DNA of 54,929 nucleotides from a virus (lineage: Duplodnaviria; Caudoviricetes). Shown here piece by piece: positions 1 to 9,049 of this stretch. Position numbers and translations under genes: made by a program. Each line of letters starts with the position of its first letter. Position 1 is the first letter of the stretch. The notes beneath the pieces are model-generated. The model saw only the letters and a list, made by a program, of their open reading frames with translations. It was not told the origin of the DNA and made no database searches. The stretch is from positions 1-54,929 of IMG/VR virus record IMGVR_UViG_3300029822_001021; one strand, 5' to 3'.

Positions 1-27
1 GTCTTTTCCTTTCCCTAAGATATGGTC

Positions 28-56
28 ATTATATCTAGCAATTCTCGGTCAGGCAA
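28..56 (-). promoter_or_regulatory. sigmaA-like promoter for a gene starting just left of the window
   Basis: Minus strand TTGCCT-N17-TATAAT followed by GAAAGGA RBS at the window edge. Confidence 0.55.
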
Positions 57-96
57 TACCGTCAGCTTTTGGACGGTTTAAGTTGGCTGTAACACC

Positions 97-1416
97 TTAG
101 TCATCGGACGATTTAATTGCTCTCATTCTATCAAGTATATGATCAATTGGATTATATCTATCCGCATTTTCCCTTACTAATTGGATGTATCCTTGAAGCA
201 GTTGATTTGTTTCTTCTTCTCCAAGAGTAATTAGGTAATTCTCCAGTTCATCAGCATATCGTAATAACTTTTCACGATTAAACCAGTCATCTGCATGTTT
301 AACAAGATCATTAATCAAAGCATCTCTTTGTACTTGTCTCTTTTCTTCTAAATTCCGCTGTCTTTCAATATTTTCCTTCTCGATCCGTTTTTTTCTTTCA
401 ATTTCAAATTGAATCGCCCGTTTTTTCTGCTCGACTCTGTTAATTATTTCATTATTGAAACATAGTTTGCATACCTCAAGAACCATGGAAGGAATCTGAT
501 TCTCCAGCCGCTTATCATCTGAATCGCTATATGACAAGACAGTAGAAGCAGATTTGTCGGTTGAATAATACCCAGCTTTACGAACTGTCCAATTGATTTG
601 AAGCTTTCCATCGTAAACTTCTTCATATATCGGCCTTAAGTCTTGTGGGGCACCCTGCTCACATAGGTATCGCCGCTTTGTTTTTTGCTCAAATAGTTCA
701 AAAGACAAGTCGGTACTTAACAGCGTAATGGTTATGTTATCCTTAGTACCACGTTCAACCGAAAACCTAGCTCGCAATTCCTGAAAGGACTTTATAATAG
801 TATCGGCAATTCTGCAGGCACGGTTGTATTGCCTGCTTGATACACTAATGAGGATTACGGCTTCATTGTCGCGGTACTTTACTTTTTCAACCGGACTCCA
901 TATTTTGATACCTTTATCTCTGAAAGGATGTTCCTTATCTCTTGCTTCCCGATATTCCATTTCTGATTGATGTTTTGAAACTAAAGCATGGTAGTCCTGT
1001 ATCCGGCCTGGCACCTTAATATTGCTGTACCAATTTGAGAAATCTTCAAACGAGCCGGGCAAAAGCAAGTCGAAATCCTGCATGTTACTTAACTGTTCAA
1101 GGGAAAGTTCTTCAGTATCGACGAAAAGTAAAATGCTATCCTTCTTTTGGTCCTGCGGCTTTGACCCCTCAGATTTGTCTGTTTTATTACTATTATATAT
1201 AGTAGGGGGCAAGGGAACCCGTTCCGGTACAGGCTTCCCGGCCTTTACTTTTGCCCAGTACCCCACTGGTGGCAACGGTATATTCAGTGCTTTACACCTT
1301 TTACGCAAGCCGTTATCTGAAATCCCATATCTTACAGCAACAGTTGTCATGGGCTCGGACCATACTTCTTCGTACAATTTTAGTCTCATCTGCTGAATAT
1401 CTTGTGGCTCATACAT
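97..1416 (-). CDS. Hypothetical protein with N-terminal HTH-like domain and C-terminal coiled coil
   Basis: LYEEVWSEP...GISDNGLRKRCKALNIPLPPVGYWAK HTH-like segment; ATG overlaps upstream stop (TAATG), so start placed at 1416. Confidence 0.7.
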   Translation of the reverse strand: MYEPQDIQQMRLKLYEEVWSEPMTTVAVRYGISDNGLRKRCKALNIPLPPVGYWAKVKAGKPVPERVPLPPTIYNSNKTDKSEGSKPQDQKKDSILLFVDTEELSLEQLSNMQDFDLLLPGSFEDFSNWYSNIKVPGRIQDYHALVSKHQSEMEYREARDKEHPFRDKGIKIWSPVEKVKYRDNEAVILISVSSRQYNRACRIADTIIKSFQELRARFSVERGTKDNITITLLSTDLSFELFEQKTKRRYLCEQGAPQDLRPIYEEVYDGKLQINWTVRKAGYYSTDKSASTVLSYSDSDDKRLENQIPSMVLEVCKLCFNNEIINRVEQKKRAIQFEIERKKRIEKENIERQRNLEEKRQVQRDALINDLVKHADDWFNREKLLRYADELENYLITLGEEETNQLLQGYIQLVRENADRYNPIDHILDRMRAIKSSDD

Positions 1417-3077
1417 TACTGATTCCCCCCACAACAAAACGCAAATCCTGCGCGCAGCAAATTGTCAACCAATTCTTCCAGTTGGGCATCATTAGCGACG
1501 TTTTTAGGAATCATGTACCGCCGCTGATTGTCGTTAAAAACTGTTCTGAGCATAGTATAGAAATCGTCATAGGATGGATATTTGAATTTATGCAGGTACT
1601 CAGCGGTCGAATCATCGCCGATTTTTCTAAGTTTTGAGTGGAAAGAAGGCTGATTTTGGGTATTGGTGATATGTATGCTCACGATTGAATTTTTCATTTT
1701 TGTAAGCGCCCCTAATATCTCGCCTTGGCTATAGCTGTTCCTTTTACCTGCCAATAGAGCGGGAAAATCAATTGAGAATTGCAGACGCATCTTCCTTTCC
1801 CGCAGCTGAACCTTCAATTTCATTATGTCTTCAATTGTTGAGATGTAGCTGTTCGGCCTTGACCTCTGATTACCCGGCCCATTTACAATCGCTACTTTCA
1901 TACCCGTATGCTTTTTCATCTTCTTTTCAATAATGCTGCAACAGGTAAGAAACAGTTCTTCGTCAAATGAATTCGTTTTCATCGGAGCAGCTAATTCTAG
2001 TACCTTCGGTGTACCATATATTTTAAATATTTCGTTTAAACTTTTTGTCAATGATGTTATTGCTTCCGTATCTTGCCACACACTAGAATTATTTAAGGTT
2101 TCATCTGCTCTTAGAATATAAGCTCCCTTAGGCGGATTCTTTAGTTCGCCATTCATTAACACAATGTATTCAGTCTCACATTTTACATCATCAGGGTATT
2201 TTAGCCCGGCCTGTGTAACTGGCAATAGGGCGTTTATGTGCTGGACTATTTTCACTCTCCCTCTATCCACGCATAGGTTAACGTATTCAGGCCAGTAATC
2301 ATCATCATACACCATGCCAAACAGCCATTCGTGCATGACCAGCATTTCCAGTTCCCCCCGCTTGTCTTGCAGGAACGGCCGGTGTTTGTTATCTTCATAG
2401 ATCCGGTCAAGATCAAAGGGATTGTTATTATAGCGGTGATTATAATTGTTCACATAATAAGATCCTTCACCCCACTGGCCGCGTTCATATTTCACATATC
2501 GCTGATAATAAGAATAGGCATGATCATACGCAAAAGAAAATAAGTTAACGCCATACTGTCGGTAAGTGTCCCGAACCCATGCAACCAGGCTGCTGTCCAG
2601 GTGAATCATCTCCGAAGGCCCAGGTTCTTCAGTATCACATTGTTTAATCTCCGCCATTAATACTTGTATGTTACTGCGGTATTCATTCATATTTCCATTC
2701 TTGAGCTTATAGCCTGAACAGAAGTCCACGGCTGCCGACGAAAAATCGTCTTCTGAATAGAAAAACGGGTAGTAGGACAGATCTTCAAGCCACTTTTTTA
2801 CCTCTTTGTGAATGCCAATCCTCTGCTGCATATAAAAATCAAGTATGAACTCCTTGCTCTTTGGGTATTTGTTTTCGATCTCTTGCTCCAGCTTGTCCCT
2901 CTTGTGCTTCATTTTGATAGCTTCCGCGTCACAAGTCTCCAGGGTCAGGTATTCATTAAAGTAGGTCATAACATATTTAATAACTGCGGCCATATTCTCG
3001 GACTGCTTTAAATAATCGAATTCATCCATTTTGTCGGCTTTCTTCATTTTGGCAATATACTCATCGATGGTTAGCAT
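1416..3077 (-). CDS. Hypothetical protein; C-terminal half resembles a degenerate AP-endonuclease/xylose-isomerase TIM barrel
   Basis: Long ORF with GGAGGA RBS 7 nt before ATG at 3077; alternating beta/alpha pattern (VLELAAP, VAIVNG, FSIDFP, VSIHIT); fold call is tentative. Confidence 0.55.
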   Translation of the reverse strand: MLTIDEYIAKMKKADKMDEFDYLKQSENMAAVIKYVMTYFNEYLTLETCDAEAIKMKHKRDKLEQEIENKYPKSKEFILDFYMQQRIGIHKEVKKWLEDLSYYPFFYSEDDFSSAAVDFCSGYKLKNGNMNEYRSNIQVLMAEIKQCDTEEPGPSEMIHLDSSLVAWVRDTYRQYGVNLFSFAYDHAYSYYQRYVKYERGQWGEGSYYVNNYNHRYNNNPFDLDRIYEDNKHRPFLQDKRGELEMLVMHEWLFGMVYDDDYWPEYVNLCVDRGRVKIVQHINALLPVTQAGLKYPDDVKCETEYIVLMNGELKNPPKGAYILRADETLNNSSVWQDTEAITSLTKSLNEIFKIYGTPKVLELAAPMKTNSFDEELFLTCCSIIEKKMKKHTGMKVAIVNGPGNQRSRPNSYISTIEDIMKLKVQLRERKMRLQFSIDFPALLAGKRNSYSQGEILGALTKMKNSIVSIHITNTQNQPSFHSKLRKIGDDSTAEYLHKFKYPSYDDFYTMLRTVFNDNQRRYMIPKNVANDAQLEELVDNLLRAGFAFCCGGNQ

Positions 3078-3150
3078 GTTCATTCCTCCTCTGGAAATAA
3101 AATGAATTCTACTCCATGCCAATATTATAGATTATTTATCCTGCCCAAAA

Positions 3151-3188
3151 TAAAAAACCGCAGGACCGGAATTGCAGCCAGCCTGCGG
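3151..3188 (-). terminator. Intrinsic terminator after recombinase cassette
   Basis: CCGCAGG/CCTGCGG stem followed by TTTTTT on the minus strand. Confidence 0.7.
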
Positions 3189-3204
3189 ATAGTTGTTTAT
3201 ATTA

Positions 3205-4788
3205 TTAAACTTTAATTACCGTACCGTCTCTGAACGTAAAATGGATGGCATTAGCATCATGGATTATGACTTTATCAATGACTGCCAACCACAGCTTCTC
3301 GTCATACTCATCGATCGCAAGCGGGCGGGTCTCGATTTCCCGTATAAACCCATCCAGTATCAATAATTTGTTTTGGCGGTTTCGCCGCTGATCCTCTAAT
3401 TCGGCAATCCGCTCTGTTGCAATCCGGTGCCGCTCCATGTATCCCTGGTGCCGTTCGTTAAATTCATCTTGATTAATAGTAAAGCGGGCATTTTCATAAA
3501 TGGATTTTCTCGTGAGCTCGGAAACAACCTCAATTTCGCGGTGCAGTTCCGCAAGTTCCGTTTTAATTGCCGAGCAATCGCATAAGACTTCTTGGGCTAG
3601 GCGGCAGTTGGCGAGCAGCTCATCCCGGCTGCCCATCAGTATATTAAATGCTTCCAGAAACCGTTGCTTAATTTCATCTTCTGTAAGATGAGGCGTGGAA
3701 CAAGGTTTATCGTTTTTGTACTTCTCATTGCACCGCCATACCGTGCGCCGGTATTTTGTATTTGAACCCCAGACCTTGGAACCGTAAAAACCGCCGCACT
3801 CACCGCAAACGATTTTAGCCGAAAATGGGCTGTGGCAACTGACTGGCCTACCAAGTTTTTTACGCCGTTCCATTTCCAGCTGCACCGCATCAAATTCGTC
3901 CGGCTCAATAATGGCAGGATGGCTATTCTGCACATAGTATTGGGGAACTTCACCCTCGTTGACTTTGGTGGTTTTGGTGAGAAAATCCACCGTGAAGCTT
4001 TTTTGCAGCAGAGCATCACCCTTGTATTTCTCGTTAGTCAGAATGCTTATCACTGTCGCCACTTGCCAGGTTTTTTTCCCGGCTGGAGATGGGATATCCA
4101 GATTGCCAAGATGCTTAGCTATGGCTGAAGGCGTTTTACCCTCAAGAAACATTCTGTAAATCAGCCGCACTGTTTCCGCTTCCTTTTCAACGATTTTAGG
4201 TAAACCATCCTCACCCTTTTCGTAGCCAAGGAAATGACGATAAGGCATGCTTACTTTCCCATCAGCCATACGTTTGCGTTGGCCCCAGGTTACATTTTCA
4301 GAAATTGAACGGCTTTCTTCCTGCGCCAGGCTGGACATAATGGTGATTAAAAGCTCCCCCTTACTGTCCAGCGTGTAAATGTTCTCCTTTTCGAAATAAA
4401 CCTCAACGCCTTTTTCTTTTAGCTGGCGAACCGTAACCAGAGAGTCAACTGTATTTCTCGCAAAGCGGCTGACTGATTTAGTAACAATCAGATCGATTTT
4501 ACCGTCCAGTGCGTCGGCAACCATCTGCTTAAACCCATCGCGCTTTTTGGTATTAGTGGCACTGATACCTTCATCGGTGTAGATTCCGGCAAATATCCAA
4601 TCAGCACGTTCGTTGATGTATTTGGTGTAGTAGTCTACCTGGGCTTCGTAGCTGGTAAGCTGTTCCTCAGAATCTGTTGAAACACGAGCATATGCAGCTA
4701 CTTTTTTTCTTGCAGCCACACCAGTCGTTTCCGGTGTAAAGCGGTTTATGGTTGGTGGTATGACAGTAACGGCTCGAGCGGGTTTCAT
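3205..4788 (-). CDS. Large serine recombinase (resolvase, recombinase and Zn-ribbon domains)
   Basis: AAYARVST catalytic Ser, KSVSRFARN, CGECG...WRC...C zinc ribbon, coiled coil. Confidence 0.95.
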   Translation of the reverse strand: MKPARAVTVIPPTINRFTPETTGVAARKKVAAYARVSTDSEEQLTSYEAQVDYYTKYINERADWIFAGIYTDEGISATNTKKRDGFKQMVADALDGKIDLIVTKSVSRFARNTVDSLVTVRQLKEKGVEVYFEKENIYTLDSKGELLITIMSSLAQEESRSISENVTWGQRKRMADGKVSMPYRHFLGYEKGEDGLPKIVEKEAETVRLIYRMFLEGKTPSAIAKHLGNLDIPSPAGKKTWQVATVISILTNEKYKGDALLQKSFTVDFLTKTTKVNEGEVPQYYVQNSHPAIIEPDEFDAVQLEMERRKKLGRPVSCHSPFSAKIVCGECGGFYGSKVWGSNTKYRRTVWRCNEKYKNDKPCSTPHLTEDEIKQRFLEAFNILMGSRDELLANCRLAQEVLCDCSAIKTELAELHREIEVVSELTRKSIYENARFTINQDEFNERHQGYMERHRIATERIAELEDQRRNRQNKLLILDGFIREIETRPLAIDEYDEKLWLAVIDKVIIHDANAIHFTFRDGTVIKV

Positions 4789-6095
4789 TTCAAATCTCCC
4801 CTTTGATATGCAAGCGTCCTTTCCCGCGCCTGCTGTTTCTTTTTGTCGTCCCAGCTAGATTTGCGTGACCGGTCTTGCCAGGCGGCTTCAACTTTATGAC
4901 CGTCTTGAAAAATATAAATTACCTTGTTTGCTTGCGGCACCTGCAGCTGCTTAATCTGGGATCGGAAAACCACCTCATCAAATTCCGCCAGGCCCAACAC
5001 TTCAGCGGTCAGCGACAATAAGATTGGTTCTGGAATCTGTTTGGCTGGGCAGGCGTCCTTGCCGTAGTGGACGAATGTGGAACAATTCCAGGCTGCATGC
5101 CCCTTGTAGGTTACCCGCCGGTAGTTCTTGCCGCAGTGGGGGCAGAAGATTAAGCCTGAAAATGGGTAACGGTTGGCCGGGTTTTTTTTCACATTTCTAT
5201 TCTCCCGGCGAAGAGCCATAATTTCCTGCGCCTTTTGAAAGGTGAGAGGGTCTATAATCGGCGGATGGGTTCCTTCGGCATAGTACTTTGGCAAGGTTCC
5301 CCGGTTATAAATCAGCTTCTTTGACAAGTGGTCGGCTACATACTTTTTCTGAAGCAGCGCGTTGCCAGAATATTTCTCGTTATTTAGGATGGCCAGGACC
5401 CGCTTTGCTGTCCACTGTCTGCCGCTGAACGTTCGAGCACCCATTTCCCGCAGCCTGGCAGCAATCCGATCGCAACCCAGGCCTTTTATGTAATCTGCGT
5501 AGATTATTCGAACGATTTCGGCCTGTTCCTGATCGATTTCAATTTGACCATGGTTGATTCGATACCCGTACATGAAACGCAGGTTTACAATTTCACCTTG
5601 CTGGAACCGCTTGCGAATCCTCCACTTGCAGTTCTCACTAACCGAACGGCTTTCCTCCTGAGCATAGGATGCCAGGATGGTTAGCATAAGTTCGCCATCC
5701 CCGCTCATGGAATGAATATTCTGCTCCTCAAAATAAACGTCAACACCGAGCAGTTTTAGTTCCCGCACCGTTTCAAGAAGTGTTACCGTGTTGCGGGCAA
5801 AGCGTGATATCGATTTTGTAATGATCAGGTCAATCTTACCATCTTTGCAGTCAGCAATTAGACGCTGAAACTCCGGACGAGTATCTTTGGTTCCTGTCAG
5901 TGCCTCGTCGGCGTATACACCAGCATATTCCCAATCCATGCGCTGCTGAATATGGTTGCTGTAATAGCTGACTTGAGCTGCCAGAGAATGTAACATCGCA
6001 TCTTTTCCGGATGATACGCGGGCATAAGCGGCAACCCGTAATCTAGCCGGGATTGGTGGCACCGAAGGGGATATTTTCGTAACTATCTTTTCCAT
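4785..6095 (-). CDS. Large serine recombinase
   Basis: AAYARVSS, KSISRFARN, CPHCG...WNC...C zinc ribbon; 4-nt overlap with partner gene. Confidence 0.95.
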   Translation of the reverse strand: MEKIVTKISPSVPPIPARLRVAAYARVSSGKDAMLHSLAAQVSYYSNHIQQRMDWEYAGVYADEALTGTKDTRPEFQRLIADCKDGKIDLIITKSISRFARNTVTLLETVRELKLLGVDVYFEEQNIHSMSGDGELMLTILASYAQEESRSVSENCKWRIRKRFQQGEIVNLRFMYGYRINHGQIEIDQEQAEIVRIIYADYIKGLGCDRIAARLREMGARTFSGRQWTAKRVLAILNNEKYSGNALLQKKYVADHLSKKLIYNRGTLPKYYAEGTHPPIIDPLTFQKAQEIMALRRENRNVKKNPANRYPFSGLIFCPHCGKNYRRVTYKGHAAWNCSTFVHYGKDACPAKQIPEPILLSLTAEVLGLAEFDEVVFRSQIKQLQVPQANKVIYIFQDGHKVEAAWQDRSRKSSWDDKKKQQARERTLAYQRGDLK

Positions 6096-6121
6096 AATGA
6101 CCTCCTTTCGCTATGACATAT

Positions 6122-6147
6122 TCGCTCCAAAAGCCCATATTATCAAG
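6122..6147 (-). promoter_or_regulatory. Promoter-like motif CTTGA-N15-GAGCGA upstream of recombinases
   Basis: Same spacing and near-identical boxes as the copy at 26015-26040. Confidence 0.5.
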
Positions 6148-6310
6148 CGTTTTGGCGATATATGCTGCGCTCGGAAAGCCCATATTTTTGAGCGATAGTT
6201 GCCTCAATTTTCATCAATTCATCTTCTCGGATAATGCCTGCTGCAAGCCATCTATTGAAGACTGCCATGGTAGCCGTATAGTAGATGACTGCTAATGTCT
6301 TACTACTCAT
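6143..6310 (-). CDS. Small SHOCT-like protein of the recombinase cassette
   Basis: MSSKTLAVIYYTATM...GIIREDELMKIE; GGAGG-like RBS (GAAGGCGGTG); typical position before twin recombinases. Confidence 0.65.
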   Translation of the reverse strand: MSSKTLAVIYYTATMAVFNRWLAAGIIREDELMKIEATIAQKYGLSERSIYRQNA

Positions 6311-6710
6311 GCCGCACCGCCTTCGACCTGCCGTAGCAAGCGCGGGAGCAGTATTTGCGCTTCTTGTTTCCATAGCTTTCAAAATCACGGCCACATATAG
6401 GGCAGGTAAAAGTATAAATGGCTTTACGGTTGACGGCTTCCGGGTGATCGTTCCACCAGGCCATGCGGCATTTATCCGAGCAGAACCGTTTCTGCTTCAC
6501 TCCAGCGGTCTGGATAAGGGGGGTTCTGCACTGTCGGCAAAGAATTCCGTCCCTCTGAAAGAAGATTTCTTTATTAGCACTACCAAGATTGTTCCTACGG
6601 CAGAAAGACTTCACCGTATTTTCCGAAATACCAAGAGCTGTCGATATTTTTGAATAGCTTAAACCGTCCCGTCGCATTAAAATGATTTTCTCTTTTTGCT
6701 GTTGATTCAT
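6303..6710 (-). CDS. HTH plus Cys-rich zinc-finger protein (possible recombination directionality/regulatory factor)
   Basis: SYSKISTALGISENTVKSFCRR HTH; CRQC, FCSDKC, CPIC, YCSRAC motifs; GGAGG RBS before ATG at 6710. Confidence 0.75.
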   Translation of the reverse strand: MNQQQKEKIILMRRDGLSYSKISTALGISENTVKSFCRRNNLGSANKEIFFQRDGILCRQCRTPLIQTAGVKQKRFCSDKCRMAWWNDHPEAVNRKAIYTFTCPICGRDFESYGNKKRKYCSRACYGRSKAVRHE

Positions 6711-6720
6711 TACAATACCT

Positions 6721-6783
6721 CCTCCGAAGGCAAACCTTAAAAGCCTTCGGTATAAGCCGCAGGAGGAGCAAGAATCGGACGGT
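6721..6783 (-). promoter_or_regulatory. Repeated promoter+hairpin element, copy A
   Basis: ACCGTCCGATT-N14-GGC-N7-GAAGGC-loop-GCCTTCGG; matches copies at 34615 and 38862. Confidence 0.7.
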
Positions 6784-6851
6784 ATCAAAAATATTTCACC
6801 GTCATTACCTCCCACCGATATACGAAAAATTTGCGGGAGTCGAACCCCAGC

Positions 6852-6894
6852 AAAAAGAAAAAGCCCGCAGAGCAGGATGATTTGCTCCACGGGC
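6852..6894 (-). terminator. Intrinsic terminator ending the late/lysis operon
   Basis: GCCCGTGGAGCA/TGCTCTGCGGGC stem then TTTTTCTTTTT. Confidence 0.8.
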
Positions 6895-6925
6895 GATTGC
6901 TTCAGAATAATAGTATTCAATGTTG

Positions 6926-7624
6926 TTAAGAAGAAATATATTCAGCCATTCGTTCAATAAGTAGTCCGGCATATTCTCCCTTAATGGTTTTACCCGGCCG
7001 GGCATTTTCCAGCCAATATTCGGGGGATTTAAGTATACCGTTTCTTACCAACACCTCCAAAGCTCCTTCCAGACCATTCTGGCTCTCTTCTATGTATGCT
7101 AACCCCAGTTGGGAAAGGATAGCGCCAGCAACTGCTTTGACAATTTCATCTCTCTTGGCATCAAACAGTGCATTGTCCTGGCTGTTATCAATAAAGCCGA
7201 TTTCAATTAAAACTGCAGGAGCCTTGGTTTCTCTTAAGACTTGATAATTAGCAGTTTTCACCCCCCGGTTTGCAAAACCGACCCCCACCAGGGAGCTTTG
7301 AATTTTTTCAGCCAGCCCCTTTGACTTGGCTCCCGGATTCAAATAAGTGTAAGTTTCCACACCGGCAGCCGCCTCCGGTTTAAAAGCATTACGGTGAAAG
7401 GATATGAAGTAATCAAAGCTGCCCTTGTTTTCAAAATCACATCTAGCTTTCAGGCTTACACTAACATCAGCCGTCCTGGTCTCATCGATGATTACTCCAT
7501 GGCGTCTCAACACTGCTGCTACGGCCCGACCTAGGCTCAGCACATCATCGGCTTCTTTTCTTCCTTTATATACTGCACCCGGGTCATTGCCGCCATGACC
7601 GTAGTCGAAACATAATCTAGCCAT
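6926..7624 (-). CDS. Endolysin, N-acetylmuramoyl-L-alanine amidase (Amidase_3)
   Basis: DYGHGG, E, SFHRNA and LIEIGF zinc-amidase motifs. Confidence 0.92.
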   Translation of the reverse strand: MARLCFDYGHGGNDPGAVYKGRKEADDVLSLGRAVAAVLRRHGVIIDETRTADVSVSLKARCDFENKGSFDYFISFHRNAFKPEAAAGVETYTYLNPGAKSKGLAEKIQSSLVGVGFANRGVKTANYQVLRETKAPAVLIEIGFIDNSQDNALFDAKRDEIVKAVAGAILSQLGLAYIEESQNGLEGALEVLVRNGILKSPEYWLENARPGKTIKGEYAGLLIERMAEYISS

Positions 7625-8018
7625 TAATCTTTTCCTCCTTATTCAGCTGGTCCAAAACCAGTTTGAGTTTCTCCGGAATAGGCAGGCCGATCTTGGCTGC
7701 GTTTTCCAGAATACTGATCCCTTCGTTAGATAAATAGAAGAAGATGACCGCGGTACGGACAGCACTACCGTTTGTTATTACCTGGGCGTCGATAATGTGT
7801 CCCACTGCCACCAGGGAAAAAATCAGCACCTTCTTAAAGATGCCCCTGGCACCGACCTCGCTGGAAAGGCGTTTTTCCAGTATGGCCAACATGACGCCGG
7901 TCAGGTAATCGATAACCACAAAGGTAATCAGTGCGTATAAAAAGCCGTCCCAGCCTCCCAAAACCCAGCCCAGCCAGCCGCCAAAGGCTGTTAAGGCGAT
8001 TTGAAATGAGCTTTTCAT
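7617..8018 (-). CDS. Phage holin
   Basis: Hydrophobic helices; IDYLTG and NEGISILEN motifs of the toxin-secretion/phage lysis holin family. Confidence 0.9.
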   Translation of the reverse strand: MKSSFQIALTAFGGWLGWVLGGWDGFLYALITFVVIDYLTGVMLAILEKRLSSEVGARGIFKKVLIFSLVAVGHIIDAQVITNGSAVRTAVIFFYLSNEGISILENAAKIGLPIPEKLKLVLDQLNKEEKING

Positions 8019-8083
8019 TGTTAGTCCTCCTTAAAATTGGCAATAAAAAAGAGCCCTATGGCCCATTCTGAAAAAGCTGCCGA

Positions 8084-8503
8084 TTATTCGATAGCTGATG
8101 CAATCCTGCCTGACACTTCCTTTTGTATATCAGTTGGCACCTGATCAATGGTTCTCCTTCCTGCCAGCACCAATTCAGCCATCAATTCAGTGCTGACCGT
8201 GCCGGGATTTGCCTCCGAAAGTTTAGCTACAGCCTCCATCAGTACTAAACTATACTTTTCAAGCTTGGCTACTTTTTCGTCCAGCGTTATATTTCTGCCG
8301 CCGCTTACTTTGTTATTCCATTCAGCAGTCGGTATCAGTTCCAGATGGCATCCTTCTTTATTTACAACCTTTATAGACTCGTAATTGGACAAATTGAGTT
8401 CAGGATCATTGGCAAAGACATAGTCCTGTCCTGGAGCCAGCACCGGTTCAGTCTCAGATGCTTGCACTACTAAACCGTCGTTCTTGTTATATACTAAAAA
8501 CAA
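8084..8503 (-). CDS. Hypothetical phage protein, possible tail-fibre assembly factor
   Basis: Position after the last tail gene; C-terminal LVLAGRRTIDQVP motif. Confidence 0.55.
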   Translation of the reverse strand: MFLVYNKNDGLVVQASETEPVLAPGQDYVFANDPELNLSNYESIKVVNKEGCHLELIPTAEWNNKVSGGRNITLDEKVAKLEKYSLVLMEAVAKLSEANPGTVSTELMAELVLAGRRTIDQVPTDIQKEVSGRIASAIE

Positions 8504-8521
8504 TAAGTCTGCCTCCCTTCG

Positions 8522-9049
8522 TTAATACCTGTAGATTTCCAGCTTGCCAACCATAGACCCGCCGCCCCCACTGGAAACAGAAAAATATATGGTGACAGAT
8601 AGGGAAGAGCGAAAAGGGATAGATAAATTGGCTCTGCTGTCAATTACGTTGAGTTTTCCCGTTGAATCAGCAAACAAAATAACATCAGATGCTCCCCAGG
8701 CTACACTACCATTCACAGAACCAAAGGCAGGTAGGGCCATTCCGTCAACTGTTACGGTAGCCCGGCATCTACTGGTCCATGAGGATGAACCACTGGCTTG
8801 TATATATATGTTTTGCAATATACCTGCGCCATTGTAGGAAATGGTTACACTTTGTTCAGTACTGTTCCAGCCGCTAGTGTTTGATGATATAGTGCTTAAT
8901 TGCATGATGGTGTAGTTCTTTATATAATTTTGCATAACATCTTTCAGGTTGCCGATTTTGGCATGTAGACTACCCGCCGGATCAGCAGCATCGTTCCTTA
9001 CTCCGACCTGTCTGCGGATAAAAGCCAGAATTTCTTCTGAGCCAAACAT
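8522..9049 (-). CDS. Putative receptor-binding/tail fibre protein
   Basis: Short helical N-terminus then Ser/Gly/Thr-rich beta domain; TAATG coupling to upstream gene. Confidence 0.5.
   Translation of the reverse strand: MFGSEEILAFIRRQVGVRNDAADPAGSLHAKIGNLKDVMQNYIKNYTIMQLSTISSNTSGWNSTEQSVTISYNGAGILQNIYIQASGSSSWTSRCRATVTVDGMALPAFGSVNGSVAWGASDVILFADSTGKLNVIDSRANLSIPFRSSLSVTIYFSVSSGGGGSMVGKLEIYRY

Noticed and set aside
58-78. ACCGTCC as a fourth copy of the repeated promoter element
   Set aside because: Lacks GATT, the N14-GGC box and the GAAGGC hairpin
3136-3164. Weak similarity to 51699-51795 as an attL/attR pair
   Set aside because: Only short, gapped, low-complexity matches; no convincing core repeat
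4185-4195. TTTCAACGATT copy inside the recombinase gene as a left-end partner of the 51629 repeats
   Set aside because: Single copy within coding sequence (K-I-V-E-K); most likely coincidental
8522-9049. Diversity-generating retroelement or invertible tail-fibre cassette
   Set aside because: No reverse transcriptase, template repeat, invertase or inverted cassette seen
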